In this document: positions 1 through 9,889 of the stretch, in pieces
Layout of the letters: the number at the start of each line of letters is the position of its first letter
Position numbering within the stretch: position 1 is the first letter of the stretch
NCBI GenBank assembly: GCA_029762535.1
Contig: JARVGK010000005.1
Span: 47,685 to 111,684 of the forward strand
DNA length: 64,000 nucleotides
From: Thermoplasmatota archaeon
GTDB lineage: Archaea > Thermoplasmatota > Penumbrarchaeia > Penumbrarchaeales > Penumbrarchaeaceae
Reading direction: 5' to 3'
Program-made: the position numbers and the translations under genes
The notes under the pieces: generated by a model
Databases searched by the model: none
Seen by the model: only the letters and a program-made list of their open reading frames with translations
Told to the model about the DNA's origin: nothing

Positions 1-366
1 CCCACTCGACCATAATTAAACATCCCGGGGTTCATGGATGATGCGCTAGTGGATTTGACGATATGCTTCATCCATGACGTGGAAAATCTCCGATTTTCCG
101 CAGTCGAATCCCTTCCCCTGCACTCTTTTCTTTACGTCATATTATGATCGATACAGAAAAGAGTGCGTCATAACAATTAGATACGAAAAATGCCCGATGG
201 GCATTTTCCTGGACCTTTGGACTTGGTATATCGTCAAATTATGGACAGTCCAAAGGTCCCTTCCCCTGCACCATATCTAATTTGTTGTAACTCTAGCGAA
301 GCACGGGATCCGAACCCCACTCGACCATCAAGGAATATCCCGATGTTCATTAATGATCAGAGATGA
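1..366. repeat. non-coding region with imperfect direct repeats (1-45 vs 317-361, about 34/44 identical; 'tcccttcccctgcac' at 108 and 261) and a perfect 9-bp-stem palindrome 'aaaatgccc-gat-gggcatttt' (about 189-209)
   Basis: Direct reading of the sequence; the only ORF here (74..280) has no recognisable features and is probably spurious. Confidence 0.35.
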
Positions 367-1071
367 TCAATCATCGCTTCCATCATAGAAGACAACGCTT
401 GCGGTGAGGGAATATTCATTGGAGTTATCGTTTATGGACATGAGGTTGAGGCCGAGCCTGGGTTCATAATCTCCAGCATCGACGAGTGTCACCTGGATCG
501 AGAATGGCCCCACACCTTTGTAGTCGATCATGGTCGCATCGTCCAGATCTATCGAGATAGAGATCGTACCTGAGGACCCTATTGTGTTTTCCGAGGTCAT
601 GTCCGCCAAGGTCTTGCCGGTGGGATCAAGGATCTTTGCGTTGAATGTATCTGGCTGGTTCTCATAGACCCTGATCCGCCTGATGTCAGGTTCATCCGTC
701 CAGATCAAGGAAACATCAACCTTTCGTATGACCTTTAGGTCGTTAGCGTCTATCGTCACATCATGAGAGCTTCTTTCGTTAAGCTCTCCTGAGGCGGATA
801 TGGTCTCCTTTCTCTCTAAATATCCTCTGATCTCCGGTATATCGCTTATGATCCCGTTATCTTCCGATTGATCGTAAACGATCTTGAGTATTTCATCCCG
901 GCCAAGGACGTTCCCCTGTGAATTTGCTTCCCAGAGGAAAACAGCTAAAGTGAGGAAGAATATCAAAAATGCTCCCACAATGGTCGTTGCCCTTTTATGC
1001 CTCTCGAAAATGAACGTGTTCACATCGCTCAGCAGAGAGCCGATTCCCCTATTTTTTGAGGGTTCCTTCAT
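367..1071 (-). CDS. single-pass membrane protein with an extracytoplasmic beta-rich C-terminal domain paralogous to the C-terminus of the CPBP protease at 59569..61269
   Basis: The ORF-track start is TTG; an internal ATG (MKEPSK) lies at 1071. Hydrophobic helix ATTIVGAFLIFFLTLAVFLW. The motifs LIWTDEPD, NQPDTF, TLVDAGDYEPRLG and a Y-rich tail align with LSWEDEPD, NQPDTF, TLVESGMYAPRIG in the 59569..61269 product. Confidence 0.6.
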   Translation of the reverse strand: MKEPSKNRGIGSLLSDVNTFIFERHKRATTIVGAFLIFFLTLAVFLWEANSQGNVLGRDEILKIVYDQSEDNGIISDIPEIRGYLERKETISASGELNERSSHDVTIDANDLKVIRKVDVSLIWTDEPDIRRIRVYENQPDTFNAKILDPTGKTLADMTSENTIGSSGTISISIDLDDATMIDYKGVGPFSIQVTLVDAGDYEPRLGLNLMSINDNSNEYSLTASVVFYDGSDD

Positions 1072-1150
1072 GTCATCTCCAGAGCAGGTTAGGACCAAGT
1101 TGATATTAAATCCTTTTCACGTTGCGGCATAACCTCTGCAAAAGGATTAA

Positions 1151-1756
1151 ATGAATGAATGGATTTATGAACTATATCCATTGAAGGTGAAGTTAATGAA
1201 TATGACGATACTGATAATCATATTCGGCCTGCTTGTTTTTATCGCGTTGATCTTTCTGTTGATCTTCTTTTTAAAGCCGAAGAAACAGGCGGACGCGATC
1301 GAGATGAGAGGGCCAAGGCGGAGGATGGACACCCTCGAATACCAGGAGGAGCCGGACGAGGAACTTATGAGCAGGAAATTCCTATGTCCCAAGTGCAATT
1401 CCGAGGTTTATTACGAAGAGGATGAATGTCCCAGTTGCGGGAACGCCTTTGTAAAGGACGAATTCGAGTGCCCATCATGCTCTAAGATCGTCGATCCAAG
1501 AGAGAAGGAGTGTCCATACTGCGGAGAGATCCTTCTCGATGAGCCGTATGTGTGCCCTAACTGCTCCAATCCAGTATCTCCTGACTCCACCAGATGCGAT
1601 CGGTGCAACATAACCTATTGGAGCCCGATCAAGCTCGACCAGCGCACACTGAAGAGCAGAAGGAGACCTGTCGAGCCAGAAGAGAAGACAGAGGAGCCTA
1701 AAGAGGAGCATCGCGAGGAGAGGCCATATCCCGGCCGAGCGCGTAGATACAGATGA
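1151..1756 (+). CDS. membrane-anchored multi-zinc-ribbon (double zinc ribbon-like) protein; the positive-inside rule places the ribbons in the cytoplasm
   Basis: N-terminal TM helix (ILIIIFGLLVFIALIFLLIFFL) followed by KPKKQ...RGPRRR; then five tandem CPxC/CxxC pairs (CPKCNS..CPSCGN..CPSCSK..CPYCGE..CPNCSN..CDRCN); K/E/R-rich tail. Confidence 0.6.
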   Translation: MNEWIYELYPLKVKLMNMTILIIIFGLLVFIALIFLLIFFLKPKKQADAIEMRGPRRRMDTLEYQEEPDEELMSRKFLCPKCNSEVYYEEDECPSCGNAFVKDEFECPSCSKIVDPREKECPYCGEILLDEPYVCPNCSNPVSPDSTRCDRCNITYWSPIKLDQRTLKSRRRPVEPEEKTEEPKEEHREERPYPGRARRYR

Positions 1757-1775
1757 TATCCATTCATATCACATC

Positions 1776-2801
1776 TCAATGAACGTGAAGGTCGAGCGAG
1801 ACCATATATGAGTCAGGGGAGTATTGATGAACTTCCCTAACCCCCTCCAAGGAATAGACCCTATCATTATTGATCATCGTATCATCGATCATCCTGAGGG
1901 TATCCTGGACTCCAGCGGTCTCTGATATAATATACAGATGTATCCTTCCGCGCTCGATACAATTGAGGGCTATCTCAAGGAAATCAAGGGAAGAGTGCGG
2001 CAGGTTCATGACCACTCTATCGAATGGTCCAAGTGTAGGTGCCACATCCCGTGAATCACCCAGATAGCATGAGACCCTATCCTCGAGAGAGTTCAGGGAA
2101 ATATTCATTTCCATGTATCGTATGCATTCAGGATTGAGGTCTATCCCTACGATCTCCCTGGCACGGCCGTGTCTTGCTATGGTAAGTGCGAAGGGCCCTA
2201 CCCCGCAGAACATATCTAGGACTCGTTCATCCTGTGTGAGCGATGCGATCCTCTGCCTTTCGGTCGAGAGCCTCGGGGAGAAATACACCTTGGAGGGATC
2301 GAGCTTCAAGCGGATATTGTTCTCGATATGAACGGTTTCGAGATCGGGCCCACCAAGAAGGACCTCCATGTCCCGCAGCCTGTATTCTCCAATCACTCCT
2401 CTGTCGAGGGCTACATGTTTGATGTTCTTGTTGACCAGAGTTAGAGCCTGAGCGATGTCATCACCGTAATCAGCGAGACCATCCGGAAGTTTTAGTATGC
2501 AAACATCTCCTATGATGTCGAAGGAGGATGGGAGGAGGTCCTTCAGTTCCCTCGGCACATCGACGACATCCTTGTAGGATCTAGGAGGCCTAAATTTTGT
2601 CCTACCTTCACGAACGGTTAGCTCCCCAAGATCCGCTACGCCCTGTTCGACTAATGATTTATCCTCCCAGATGAGAGGTAGAAGGACCTTCCTGCCCTCC
2701 TTTTCGATTAGTACATCTGCGTTAATGTAACCCCTATCGTTCAGTATCCGCCTTGTACTCTCGGCGTCCCTATTCTTAACTGCAAGGTAGAGCATTCTCA
2801 T
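1776..2801 (-). CDS. trm5: tRNA (guanine37-N1)-methyltransferase, Trm5/Taw22 (class I SAM MTase) family
   Basis: SAM-binding motif DMFCGVGPFAL and catalytic-loop motif VMNLPHSS, typical of archaeal Trm5. The track start is a TTG at 2837; the likely ATG is at 2801. Confidence 0.75.
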   Translation of the reverse strand: MRMLYLAVKNRDAESTRRILNDRGYINADVLIEKEGRKVLLPLIWEDKSLVEQGVADLGELTVREGRTKFRPPRSYKDVVDVPRELKDLLPSSFDIIGDVCILKLPDGLADYGDDIAQALTLVNKNIKHVALDRGVIGEYRLRDMEVLLGGPDLETVHIENNIRLKLDPSKVYFSPRLSTERQRIASLTQDERVLDMFCGVGPFALTIARHGRAREIVGIDLNPECIRYMEMNISLNSLEDRVSCYLGDSRDVAPTLGPFDRVVMNLPHSSLDFLEIALNCIERGRIHLYIISETAGVQDTLRMIDDTMINNDRVYSLEGVREVHQYSPDSYMVSLDLHVH

Positions 2802-2848
2802 TATATGGCATATTTTTCTATGAGTAGATAAAATCAACGGTCATATAA

Positions 2849-3121
2849 TTATGTTCGAATTCCTTGACTCTTTAACCTTCGGATGCCTTTCTCGGTGATC
2901 CTGAAGTAAGCTCCCTTTATTGATCCGCAGGTCCTTCCCGTGGAATGAGGACATGGGATGCAGGCGGTCCCGCACTCTGGGCCTATCCTTTCGATATAAC
3001 CAAGGGATTCTAGATGTCTCATCATATGGGATATATGAGCGGCACCCAGTCCGCTCTCTTGAGCGATGGTCATCACATCCTTCCCGCCCATCATAAGATG
3101 GAGTAACTCGGTTAGGTTCAT
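2849..3121 (-). CDS. FeoC-like small winged-helix protein with a Cys cluster (CGTACIPCPHSTGRTCGS), immediately downstream of feoB
   Basis: 90 aa; wHTH-like segment MTIAQESGLGAAHISHMMRHLESLGYIER followed by four Cys; its position relative to feoB matches the feoB-feoC arrangement. Confidence 0.5.
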   Translation of the reverse strand: MNLTELLHLMMGGKDVMTIAQESGLGAAHISHMMRHLESLGYIERIGPECGTACIPCPHSTGRTCGSIKGAYFRITEKGIRRLKSQGIRT

Positions 3122-3130
3122 TTTAACACC

Positions 3131-5263
3131 TCAAATCCATGGGACCGCGGACAGTGCGAGCTTGAAGAAAAGGGCCGCCATGTAGGCGAATCCCGTGTTG
3201 TATACGATCGAGAAAAGAGCCCACTTGTATGAACCGGTCTCTTTTCGGATGACCGCTATCGCCGGGATGCACGGTACGTAAAGCGTGAAGAACACCAAGA
3301 AAACGAAGGCCCCTGACCGATCGAGTCCGGAATTGTTCTTGATACCGCTTTCAATATCTTCCTCACCCGCTCCGGTCAGAATTCCCATCGTTCCGAGAAC
3401 TATCTCCTTTGCGACGATGCCGAACATCAGGGAAACGACCAGCTTCCAGTTGAATCCAAGAGGGCTGAAAACGGGTTCTATCAGCTTTCCGATGTCGGAG
3501 GCGAAAGAGTTCTCCAGACGATCTTCCTCGCCATCATTGTCTTGGCCCCGTAGATAATGTATGGACCCGTCCTCGATTCCGAGGTAGGTCAATCCCCAAA
3601 CGATGACCATCGCCACGACTATGACCGTGGCCGCTTTGCGGATGAATAGATACATGTTCATGGACCCAGACCTGATGGCTTCCTTGATGCTGGGTAAGCT
3701 GTAAGGTGGTAGGTCCATGATAAGGGGGGAGGGATCACCTCTCAGAATTACCTTCGTAATTAGCAATGAGGAGATGATCAGACCGATCACCCCTATTGAG
3801 TACATCGAAACAACGATGATTCCGGCATAGAATCCGAAGAAGATCGATGAAAGGAGCATAAGGACAGGCAACCTTGCCGAGCAGGTTATGAAGGGGACGA
3901 GAATGATCGTCGCTATCCTGTCTCTGAGATTGGGGATGGACCTGGAGGCCATGATCGCGGGTACGTTGCATCCGAAGCCCATTACGAGCGGTATGAAGCT
4001 CCTTCCCGGAAGCCCCAGCCTGGCCATGGTGCGGTCTATTACGTATACACCCCTTGCCATGTAACCAGAGTTCTCCAGAAGTGATATCATGAAGAACAGT
4101 ATGAATATCATCGGAAAGAAGACCAAGACCGAACCCACACCCGGTATCAGGCCGTCCCTGAATATCGATACGTACCATGTGTCACCGAATGATGAGAGGG
4201 AATTGGAGAAAAGCTCGAACAATGACTCCACGATCTCGGATAGTGGGTTGCCGATGAGATATGTCAGGGTGAAAACAGAAAGGAGCATTCCGGCGAATAT
4301 GGGTATTCCCAGCCATTTACTGGTAAATGCACTTTCCATGGTCCTTACGATACCGCTCTCGCTTACCCTATCATGTCGCGGGACCATCTCGTCTATGAAC
4401 TCGTATCTAGAATCGATCAGGTCAAGGATGAATTCATCACCCCCATCCATAGATCCATCGAGATCAGACGGATCGATAGTATGTGTCTTTACCATTGACC
4501 TCAATTGAGCGTCCCCTTCGATCCACCTCAAGGCCAGGAACCTTTCGTTGAACCTGGAGAGGTACTTTTTGTCACATGACCAAGCGAAGCCTTCGATGAT
4601 CCTGATGTATCTCTCGATGTGGCGGGGATAGTCAATTATCAGTGGTCTTCTGGGGACAAGGTTCACATCTGAGGTTTGATGGAGATGCGGCCTCTCGACT
4701 TCGTCATCGGCGCTTTTGTGCATGAAACGGTCATGCATCATGGGATGCATGACGTCTGACCTGATGTGATGATGGGTCTCGTGCAGTAGGGAGTCTTTGA
4801 GATCGGTTATTCCGATGTTCTTGGTGGAGACGGTTGGGACGATTGGACAGCCGAGTTTCGATGAGAGTTGTTGCAGATCGGCGTAGATGCCTCTATCCTT
4901 CATCATATCCGCTTTGTTGATCGCAAGAACGACCGGTATGTTGGATTCGAGGACCTGGACCGCCAGATACATGGAGGTCCTCAGGTTCGCCCCATCCAGA
5001 ACCACAACGAGAAGATCATAATCTCCTATGAGCAGATATCTGGGAACGATCTCCTCGTCCGAGGATCCCGGGTTCAAGCTGTACGTTCCTGGTAGATCGG
5101 TGACATGGAAGCGGCATCCTTCATTGACGAAGCTACCTTCAAGAAGGTCGACTGTCACTCCTGACCAGTTACCGGTTCTCCCGAACCCTCCGGTGAGAGC
5201 GTTGAACAGGGTAGTCTTACCAGAGTTGGGGATCCCTGTCAGGGCCACCTTTATATCCTTCAT
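3131..5263 (-). CDS. feoB: ferrous iron transporter FeoB (N-terminal G-domain plus polytopic permease)
   Basis: G1 motif GIPNSGKTTLFNALTG, DLPG (G3), NKAD (G4); long hydrophobic C-terminal permease region; 710 aa. Confidence 0.9.
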   Translation of the reverse strand: MKDIKVALTGIPNSGKTTLFNALTGGFGRTGNWSGVTVDLLEGSFVNEGCRFHVTDLPGTYSLNPGSSDEEIVPRYLLIGDYDLLVVVLDGANLRTSMYLAVQVLESNIPVVLAINKADMMKDRGIYADLQQLSSKLGCPIVPTVSTKNIGITDLKDSLLHETHHHIRSDVMHPMMHDRFMHKSADDEVERPHLHQTSDVNLVPRRPLIIDYPRHIERYIRIIEGFAWSCDKKYLSRFNERFLALRWIEGDAQLRSMVKTHTIDPSDLDGSMDGGDEFILDLIDSRYEFIDEMVPRHDRVSESGIVRTMESAFTSKWLGIPIFAGMLLSVFTLTYLIGNPLSEIVESLFELFSNSLSSFGDTWYVSIFRDGLIPGVGSVLVFFPMIFILFFMISLLENSGYMARGVYVIDRTMARLGLPGRSFIPLVMGFGCNVPAIMASRSIPNLRDRIATIILVPFITCSARLPVLMLLSSIFFGFYAGIIVVSMYSIGVIGLIISSLLITKVILRGDPSPLIMDLPPYSLPSIKEAIRSGSMNMYLFIRKAATVIVVAMVIVWGLTYLGIEDGSIHYLRGQDNDGEEDRLENSFASDIGKLIEPVFSPLGFNWKLVVSLMFGIVAKEIVLGTMGILTGAGEEDIESGIKNNSGLDRSGAFVFLVFFTLYVPCIPAIAVIRKETGSYKWALFSIVYNTGFAYMAALFFKLALSAVPWI

Positions 5264-5583
5264 CGCGGACCATAAGCAGGACCTAGAATATTTAGGTTAT
5301 CCTAAATTATGTTTTTACATGGCTACATATCTCCCTTTGATAGCAACCAGATAATTCAACTGTAAGTGAAGTTGATCATAATGATCGATATTAACAAAAA
5401 TATATAAATTTCAATATATAAAGTAATATATTATGTAATTAGACAATATAACATATGTTTAAGGCAATATTTCTGATATTCGGTGTATTATAATAAATAC
5501 AGTAAATTTCTAACTCTATACATGGAATTCATACAATAATGAAGTAGGTAATGTAGAGTTCTGGAAAGGATTAAAAACAAGCT
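5264..5583. promoter_or_regulatory. very AT-rich divergent intergenic region between feoB (-) and the acyl-CoA ligase (+); likely bidirectional promoter region
   Basis: About 320 bp, mostly A/T with TATA-like stretches (ttaacaaaaatatataaatttcaatatataaag); no ORF. Confidence 0.35.
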
Positions 5584-5598
5584 GTGTTCTGGAGAGAA

Positions 5599-7455
5599 AT
5601 GGGTGTTCAGACCATGAAGCCAGTCCTAAATCCGCTCAGGGCTCAGATAGAATCGAAAATGACAGAGGAATTGGGTTTTAATAATATCTTTGATATGTTC
5701 CTTCATTCCTCAAGAAAGAATCCAGAAAAGGTCCTGGCGATGCACAAGCTAGGAAAGGGGCATTGGGGCTCACTCACATATGATGAGGTAGAAAAGGGGT
5801 CCCTCGATTGCGCCGCCGCATTCCTGAAAAACGGAATAAAGAAGGGGGACAGGGTCGCTTTCATATGCAACAACCGATACGAATGGCTCATACTTGATCT
5901 CTCGCTTCACAGGATAGGTGCGGTTAACATATCGAACTACGTCACACCCGATCCGAAAAAACTGGTGGAGACGGAGGTCTGCTTCAACATAAACGATTCA
6001 CAATGTCGAATGCTGTTCGTCGCGGAAAAATACCTGGAAAGGGTCATGGAGATATACGATCAGGGTAAGATGCCGACTATCGAGAAGGTCGTCGTATTGA
6101 CCGATTCAGCGGATCGAAAGAAGATCGGTGAACTTGATACCTTCTCTGAATTCGTTAAGGTCGGGCAGGAATCCAGAAAAATGCTCGAGGATTATAAGGA
6201 GGTCGTGAACCTAAATGATCTTGCCACGATCATATACACATCTGGTTCGACCGGGGTTCCAAAAGGAGTGATGCTTACCCATGGCAACCTCATATCAAAT
6301 GCACAGAGCCTGACAACATTCATCGATCTTAAAGAGACAGATGTGGAACTCAGCTTCTTGCCTCTTGGGCATGTTTTCGAGCGTATTATCAATTATATAA
6401 TCCTGAGAATATCAGGCACCATAGGTTATGCTGAATCCATTGAGACCATAGCGGATGATGTACAGTTCGTCAAACCTACCGTTTTTCCCGCTGTACCTAG
6501 GGTCTTCGAGAAGTTCAAGGCAAAGGTAGAGGAAAATGCCAGGTCCAAAGGTGAGTTATCCTTCAAGATATACAAATGGTCAACGAAAGTAGGTAGGGAT
6601 TATTCATTGGGAAAGAGGGGTTTTCCAATGAATATAAAATACATGATGGCCAAGAAAATCGTGTTCGACAAGGTTGTTGACAAGCTCGGGGGAAATGTTA
6701 GGTTCTTCGTTTCATCGTCCGCTCCTCTAAGCGAAGATACTGCTATGTTCTTCAAATCGATGAACCTGGAGATCCTGGAGGCTTATGGGATGACCGAGGC
6801 CGGTCCATTGATAAGCATTAACAGGAACAACAGGGCGAGGATCGGTACCGTTGGAGAGGCCCCTCCCGAAATAGAGGTGAAGATCGCAAATGATGGGGAG
6901 ATACTTGTCAGGGGGCCATCAATAATGAAAGGTTACTGGAACAGACCTGATGCTGATAAGGAGGCTTTTCTAAACGGATGGCTCGCTACTGGCGACATAG
7001 GAGTGATGTCAAAAGATGGTTATCTTAAGATAACGGACCGTAAGAAGAATCTAATCAAGACATCAACTGGCAAATATGTACCCCCTGCTCCCATAGAGGA
7101 CAAGCTGGTATCGAACCAGTATGTCAGCCAGGCAATCGTTATAGGGGAAGCCAGACCTCACTGCTCGGCAATAATCGTCCCGGATTTCAAGCGTCTCGAG
7201 GATTATGCCCAGCATAACCAACTGCATTACACATCGATTGACGATCTCATGAATAATCCATCGGTGAAGTCCTTTTACGAGGAGTTGATCAAGAACGAGA
7301 CCAAGGACATGGCGGCCCATGAACAGCCAAAGAAGGTAATCCTCCATTCAAAGGAATGGACGTGGGAATCTGGAGAGCTCACGCCAACTCAGAAGGTCAA
7401 GAGGAGTGTGATCACTAAGATGTTCAAAGACGAGATCGACAGGATCTATTCGTAA
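5599..7455 (+). CDS. long-chain fatty-acid--CoA ligase (AMP-forming adenylate-forming enzyme)
   Basis: AMP-binding signature IYTSGSTGVPKGVMLTHGNL; overall ANL-superfamily architecture; the track start is a GTG at 5584, with ATGs at 5599 and 5614. Confidence 0.85.
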   Translation: MGVQTMKPVLNPLRAQIESKMTEELGFNNIFDMFLHSSRKNPEKVLAMHKLGKGHWGSLTYDEVEKGSLDCAAAFLKNGIKKGDRVAFICNNRYEWLILDLSLHRIGAVNISNYVTPDPKKLVETEVCFNINDSQCRMLFVAEKYLERVMEIYDQGKMPTIEKVVVLTDSADRKKIGELDTFSEFVKVGQESRKMLEDYKEVVNLNDLATIIYTSGSTGVPKGVMLTHGNLISNAQSLTTFIDLKETDVELSFLPLGHVFERIINYIILRISGTIGYAESIETIADDVQFVKPTVFPAVPRVFEKFKAKVEENARSKGELSFKIYKWSTKVGRDYSLGKRGFPMNIKYMMAKKIVFDKVVDKLGGNVRFFVSSSAPLSEDTAMFFKSMNLEILEAYGMTEAGPLISINRNNRARIGTVGEAPPEIEVKIANDGEILVRGPSIMKGYWNRPDADKEAFLNGWLATGDIGVMSKDGYLKITDRKKNLIKTSTGKYVPPAPIEDKLVSNQYVSQAIVIGEARPHCSAIIVPDFKRLEDYAQHNQLHYTSIDDLMNNPSVKSFYEELIKNETKDMAAHEQPKKVILHSKEWTWESGELTPTQKVKRSVITKMFKDEIDRIYS

Positions 7456-8339
7456 AGGTCCATAGCTGCTTCCATTATCCTTTGAGCGGAGGTAACCATA
7501 TCACCCTCTTTAAGAAAAATATTGGTGAGACCAAGTCTGGATCTCCATTTCCTCTGTTTCCTTACCAGGTCCATATTGCTTCTTACGATAGCATCGAATA
7601 ACTCATCATTTGATACTACTTTATTCATATGGCCGATAATATGGTTCACACCTATCATCTCAAGACCGGGAAAGTCTCGTGTGTAGCCCGAGTCGATGAT
7701 CGATCCGACCTCTGATAGCCATCCCTTTTCGAGCATTGTCATCGTGCGTTCGCCTATCCTTGCCTTGAGCTCTCGGTCCGATCGGTCTATGAAGAACCCT
7801 TTCCAGTTCACTCCCATGGTACTGATCCCCTTTATGGTATCTTGCAAAGGCCCCAAAGACGTGATGAGCGCCCTCGAGAGCCTTCTGAGATCATTAGGAT
7901 GTGTCATGAAAGCCTTTGCAGGGTCCAATTCAAACAATAGATCGTGTGCATCATGAGGACCCAGATCCTTGATGATCTCCCTAATATCATTGGCAATACA
8001 AGGGTCGTGGGATGGACCATTCAGTCCCTTTATCAGCCTCTCCATATAGAGCATGCTCCCCCCACAGGCGAGGGGAAGCTTTCCTCTTTCTCTTATCCTC
8101 ATTGATGTGGGGATCGCCATATCAAGAAATGATCGAACGGTCATTCTTTCATTTAGACCGATAAGATCGATCATGTGATAAGGTGTATCTTTATCGATAG
8201 TGAACTTACCATTACCTATCCTAACGTCCTTGTAGAAACATCCGGTATCGACGGATATTATCTCATATGGAACCTTTCTGCAGATATGCTGTGCGATCTC
8301 TGTCTTTCCTGAACAGGTGGGTCCGGTTAAGATCAACAT
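7446..8339 (-). CDS. miaA: tRNA dimethylallyl (isopentenyl) transferase, MiaA/IPT family
   Basis: P-loop ILTGPTCSGKTEIA, followed by SVD..YKDVRIGNGKFT and PYHMIDL segments resembling MiaA motifs; the track start is TTG, with an ATG one codon in. Confidence 0.6.
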   Translation of the reverse strand: MLILTGPTCSGKTEIAQHICRKVPYEIISVDTGCFYKDVRIGNGKFTIDKDTPYHMIDLIGLNERMTVRSFLDMAIPTSMRIRERGKLPLACGGSMLYMERLIKGLNGPSHDPCIANDIREIIKDLGPHDAHDLLFELDPAKAFMTHPNDLRRLSRALITSLGPLQDTIKGISTMGVNWKGFFIDRSDRELKARIGERTMTMLEKGWLSEVGSIIDSGYTRDFPGLEMIGVNHIIGHMNKVVSNDELFDAIVRSNMDLVRKQRKWRSRLGLTNIFLKEGDMVTSAQRIMEAAMDLYE

Positions 8340-8431
8340 CAAGACCGTTACCTGTGATCATTTAAGTAAAGTTTACCTATCTCTAAAGATCATATCACAT
8401 CGATCAGGAAATATCCTCAAGGCGATCGTTA

Positions 8432-9889
8432 TCAGAAGCTTGGTCTGTAAATGACCTTGGGCTTGAGCCCTTTGAGCTCGGAGAGTAACCCTCCCTGAAG
8501 GGATGATAGGACATCGGTGTTGGGTATGTTGGACTCGATGACCGTTGTCCTGCCGTGCCTGCCAAAAGAGATTACCTTTGTTTGAATTATGCCAAGCCTG
8601 TCAAGTTCGTTCAGGAGGTTGACCACCTGTCTTCTACCCAATACAATCAAGTCAAGCTTCGAGGCGTAGTTGGAATAGGTTTCGACCACTTCTTTTGTGG
8701 TTGTCTTGATCCTTCCGAATATCTTCAGCTGGATGATCGAATACAGGACGATCTTGCTCTGGAGTGGTAATGATTTCACGACCTGTTGAACACGGTCGGT
8801 CTCTATCTTCTTCTGGGCCATTTTGACGTACAGGTCGGTGAGTTTGGGGGAGTGGTCCCTTTCGGCAAGCTCGGCCGAGACCCTGAGTAGGTCAAGAGCT
8901 TTTCTTGCATCACCATTCTCCTGAGCAGCGATCCCAGCGCATAGCGATACCACATTGTCCTGGATCGAACCTTGGTAGAACGCTTCCTTCGCCCTGTGTT
9001 CGAGTATGTCCTTGAGCTGTAAAGCATTGTAGGGCTCGAAGATTATCTCTTCAGAACCCAAGGACGATCTAACTCTTGGTTCGAGATAATCCATTATCTT
9101 TAGGTTGTTTGAGATACCGATTATCGCGACCCTTGTCCTTTGAAGGTCCTCGTTGATCCTGGTGAGTGTATATAATATGTCGTCTCCTACCTTCATGATG
9201 AGCCTATCTATCTCATCAAGGATTATTATGACCAGTGATGAAGCCTCATCAAGCTTGGAGAGCATCCTTGAATGGACCTCGTCGATGGGGAGCCCGGACA
9301 CAGGAAGTCTGTCCTCGTCCGAGAAAGGAAGAAGCCTGTTCGCCACCTGGGTCATGACCCGGTAGGCGGTGTCCATTTGCTGGCAGTTGATGTAAATGGA
9401 CCTGATCTGCCTGTGCAGCTGTTGGGACATTTCGGGACCGAGCACATCATCATGATCGATTATGGAGAGTGCGGAATTGAGGCATCTGACCGATTCCGAA
9501 TCTGACATCTCTTCCTGAATCTCCATGAAAGTCCTGAGATTTCTTTCCTTGATGAAGTTGGATTTTTCCTGGAGGGCCTTCATCAGGATCTTGGACACAA
9601 CGGTCTTTCCGGTCCCGGTCATGCCGAATATAATGATGTTCGAGGGGGTATCGCCCCATAATGCAGGTATCAATATCCTTGCGATACTTCCGATCTCTCT
9701 CTCACGATGGGGGAGAGTATCAGGTATATAGGAATACCTGAGAACCTCGCGGTTCTTGAAGATCTTTCCCCCGAGATCGAGGATATCAAAGATATCAGTA
9801 GCTAACCCATTCAAACTTTTCACCGTTCCCCAGCTTGATCGGATGATGCAGGACGGAGGTATATGCGGCCGGATATTCCGGAGCTTCAC
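8432..9889 (-). CDS. cdc6: Orc1/Cdc6 replication initiator (AAA+ domain plus C-terminal winged helix)
   Basis: Walker A FGMTGTGKTVVSK; N-terminal YIPDTLPHREREI motif typical of archaeal Orc1; Walker B IIILDEID; apparent GTG start. Confidence 0.85.
   Translation of the reverse strand: MKLRNIRPHIPPSCIIRSSWGTVKSLNGLATDIFDILDLGGKIFKNREVLRYSYIPDTLPHREREIGSIARILIPALWGDTPSNIIIFGMTGTGKTVVSKILMKALQEKSNFIKERNLRTFMEIQEEMSDSESVRCLNSALSIIDHDDVLGPEMSQQLHRQIRSIYINCQQMDTAYRVMTQVANRLLPFSDEDRLPVSGLPIDEVHSRMLSKLDEASSLVIIILDEIDRLIMKVGDDILYTLTRINEDLQRTRVAIIGISNNLKIMDYLEPRVRSSLGSEEIIFEPYNALQLKDILEHRAKEAFYQGSIQDNVVSLCAGIAAQENGDARKALDLLRVSAELAERDHSPKLTDLYVKMAQKKIETDRVQQVVKSLPLQSKIVLYSIIQLKIFGRIKTTTKEVVETYSNYASKLDLIVLGRRQVVNLLNELDRLGIIQTKVISFGRHGRTTVIESNIPNTDVLSSLQGGLLSELKGLKPKVIYRPSF

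Noticed and set aside
290-340. tRNA-like T-arm (gggatccgaaccc) near the window start
   Set aside because: Could not build an acceptor stem or anticodon arm on either strand; judged a chance motif or repeat fragment
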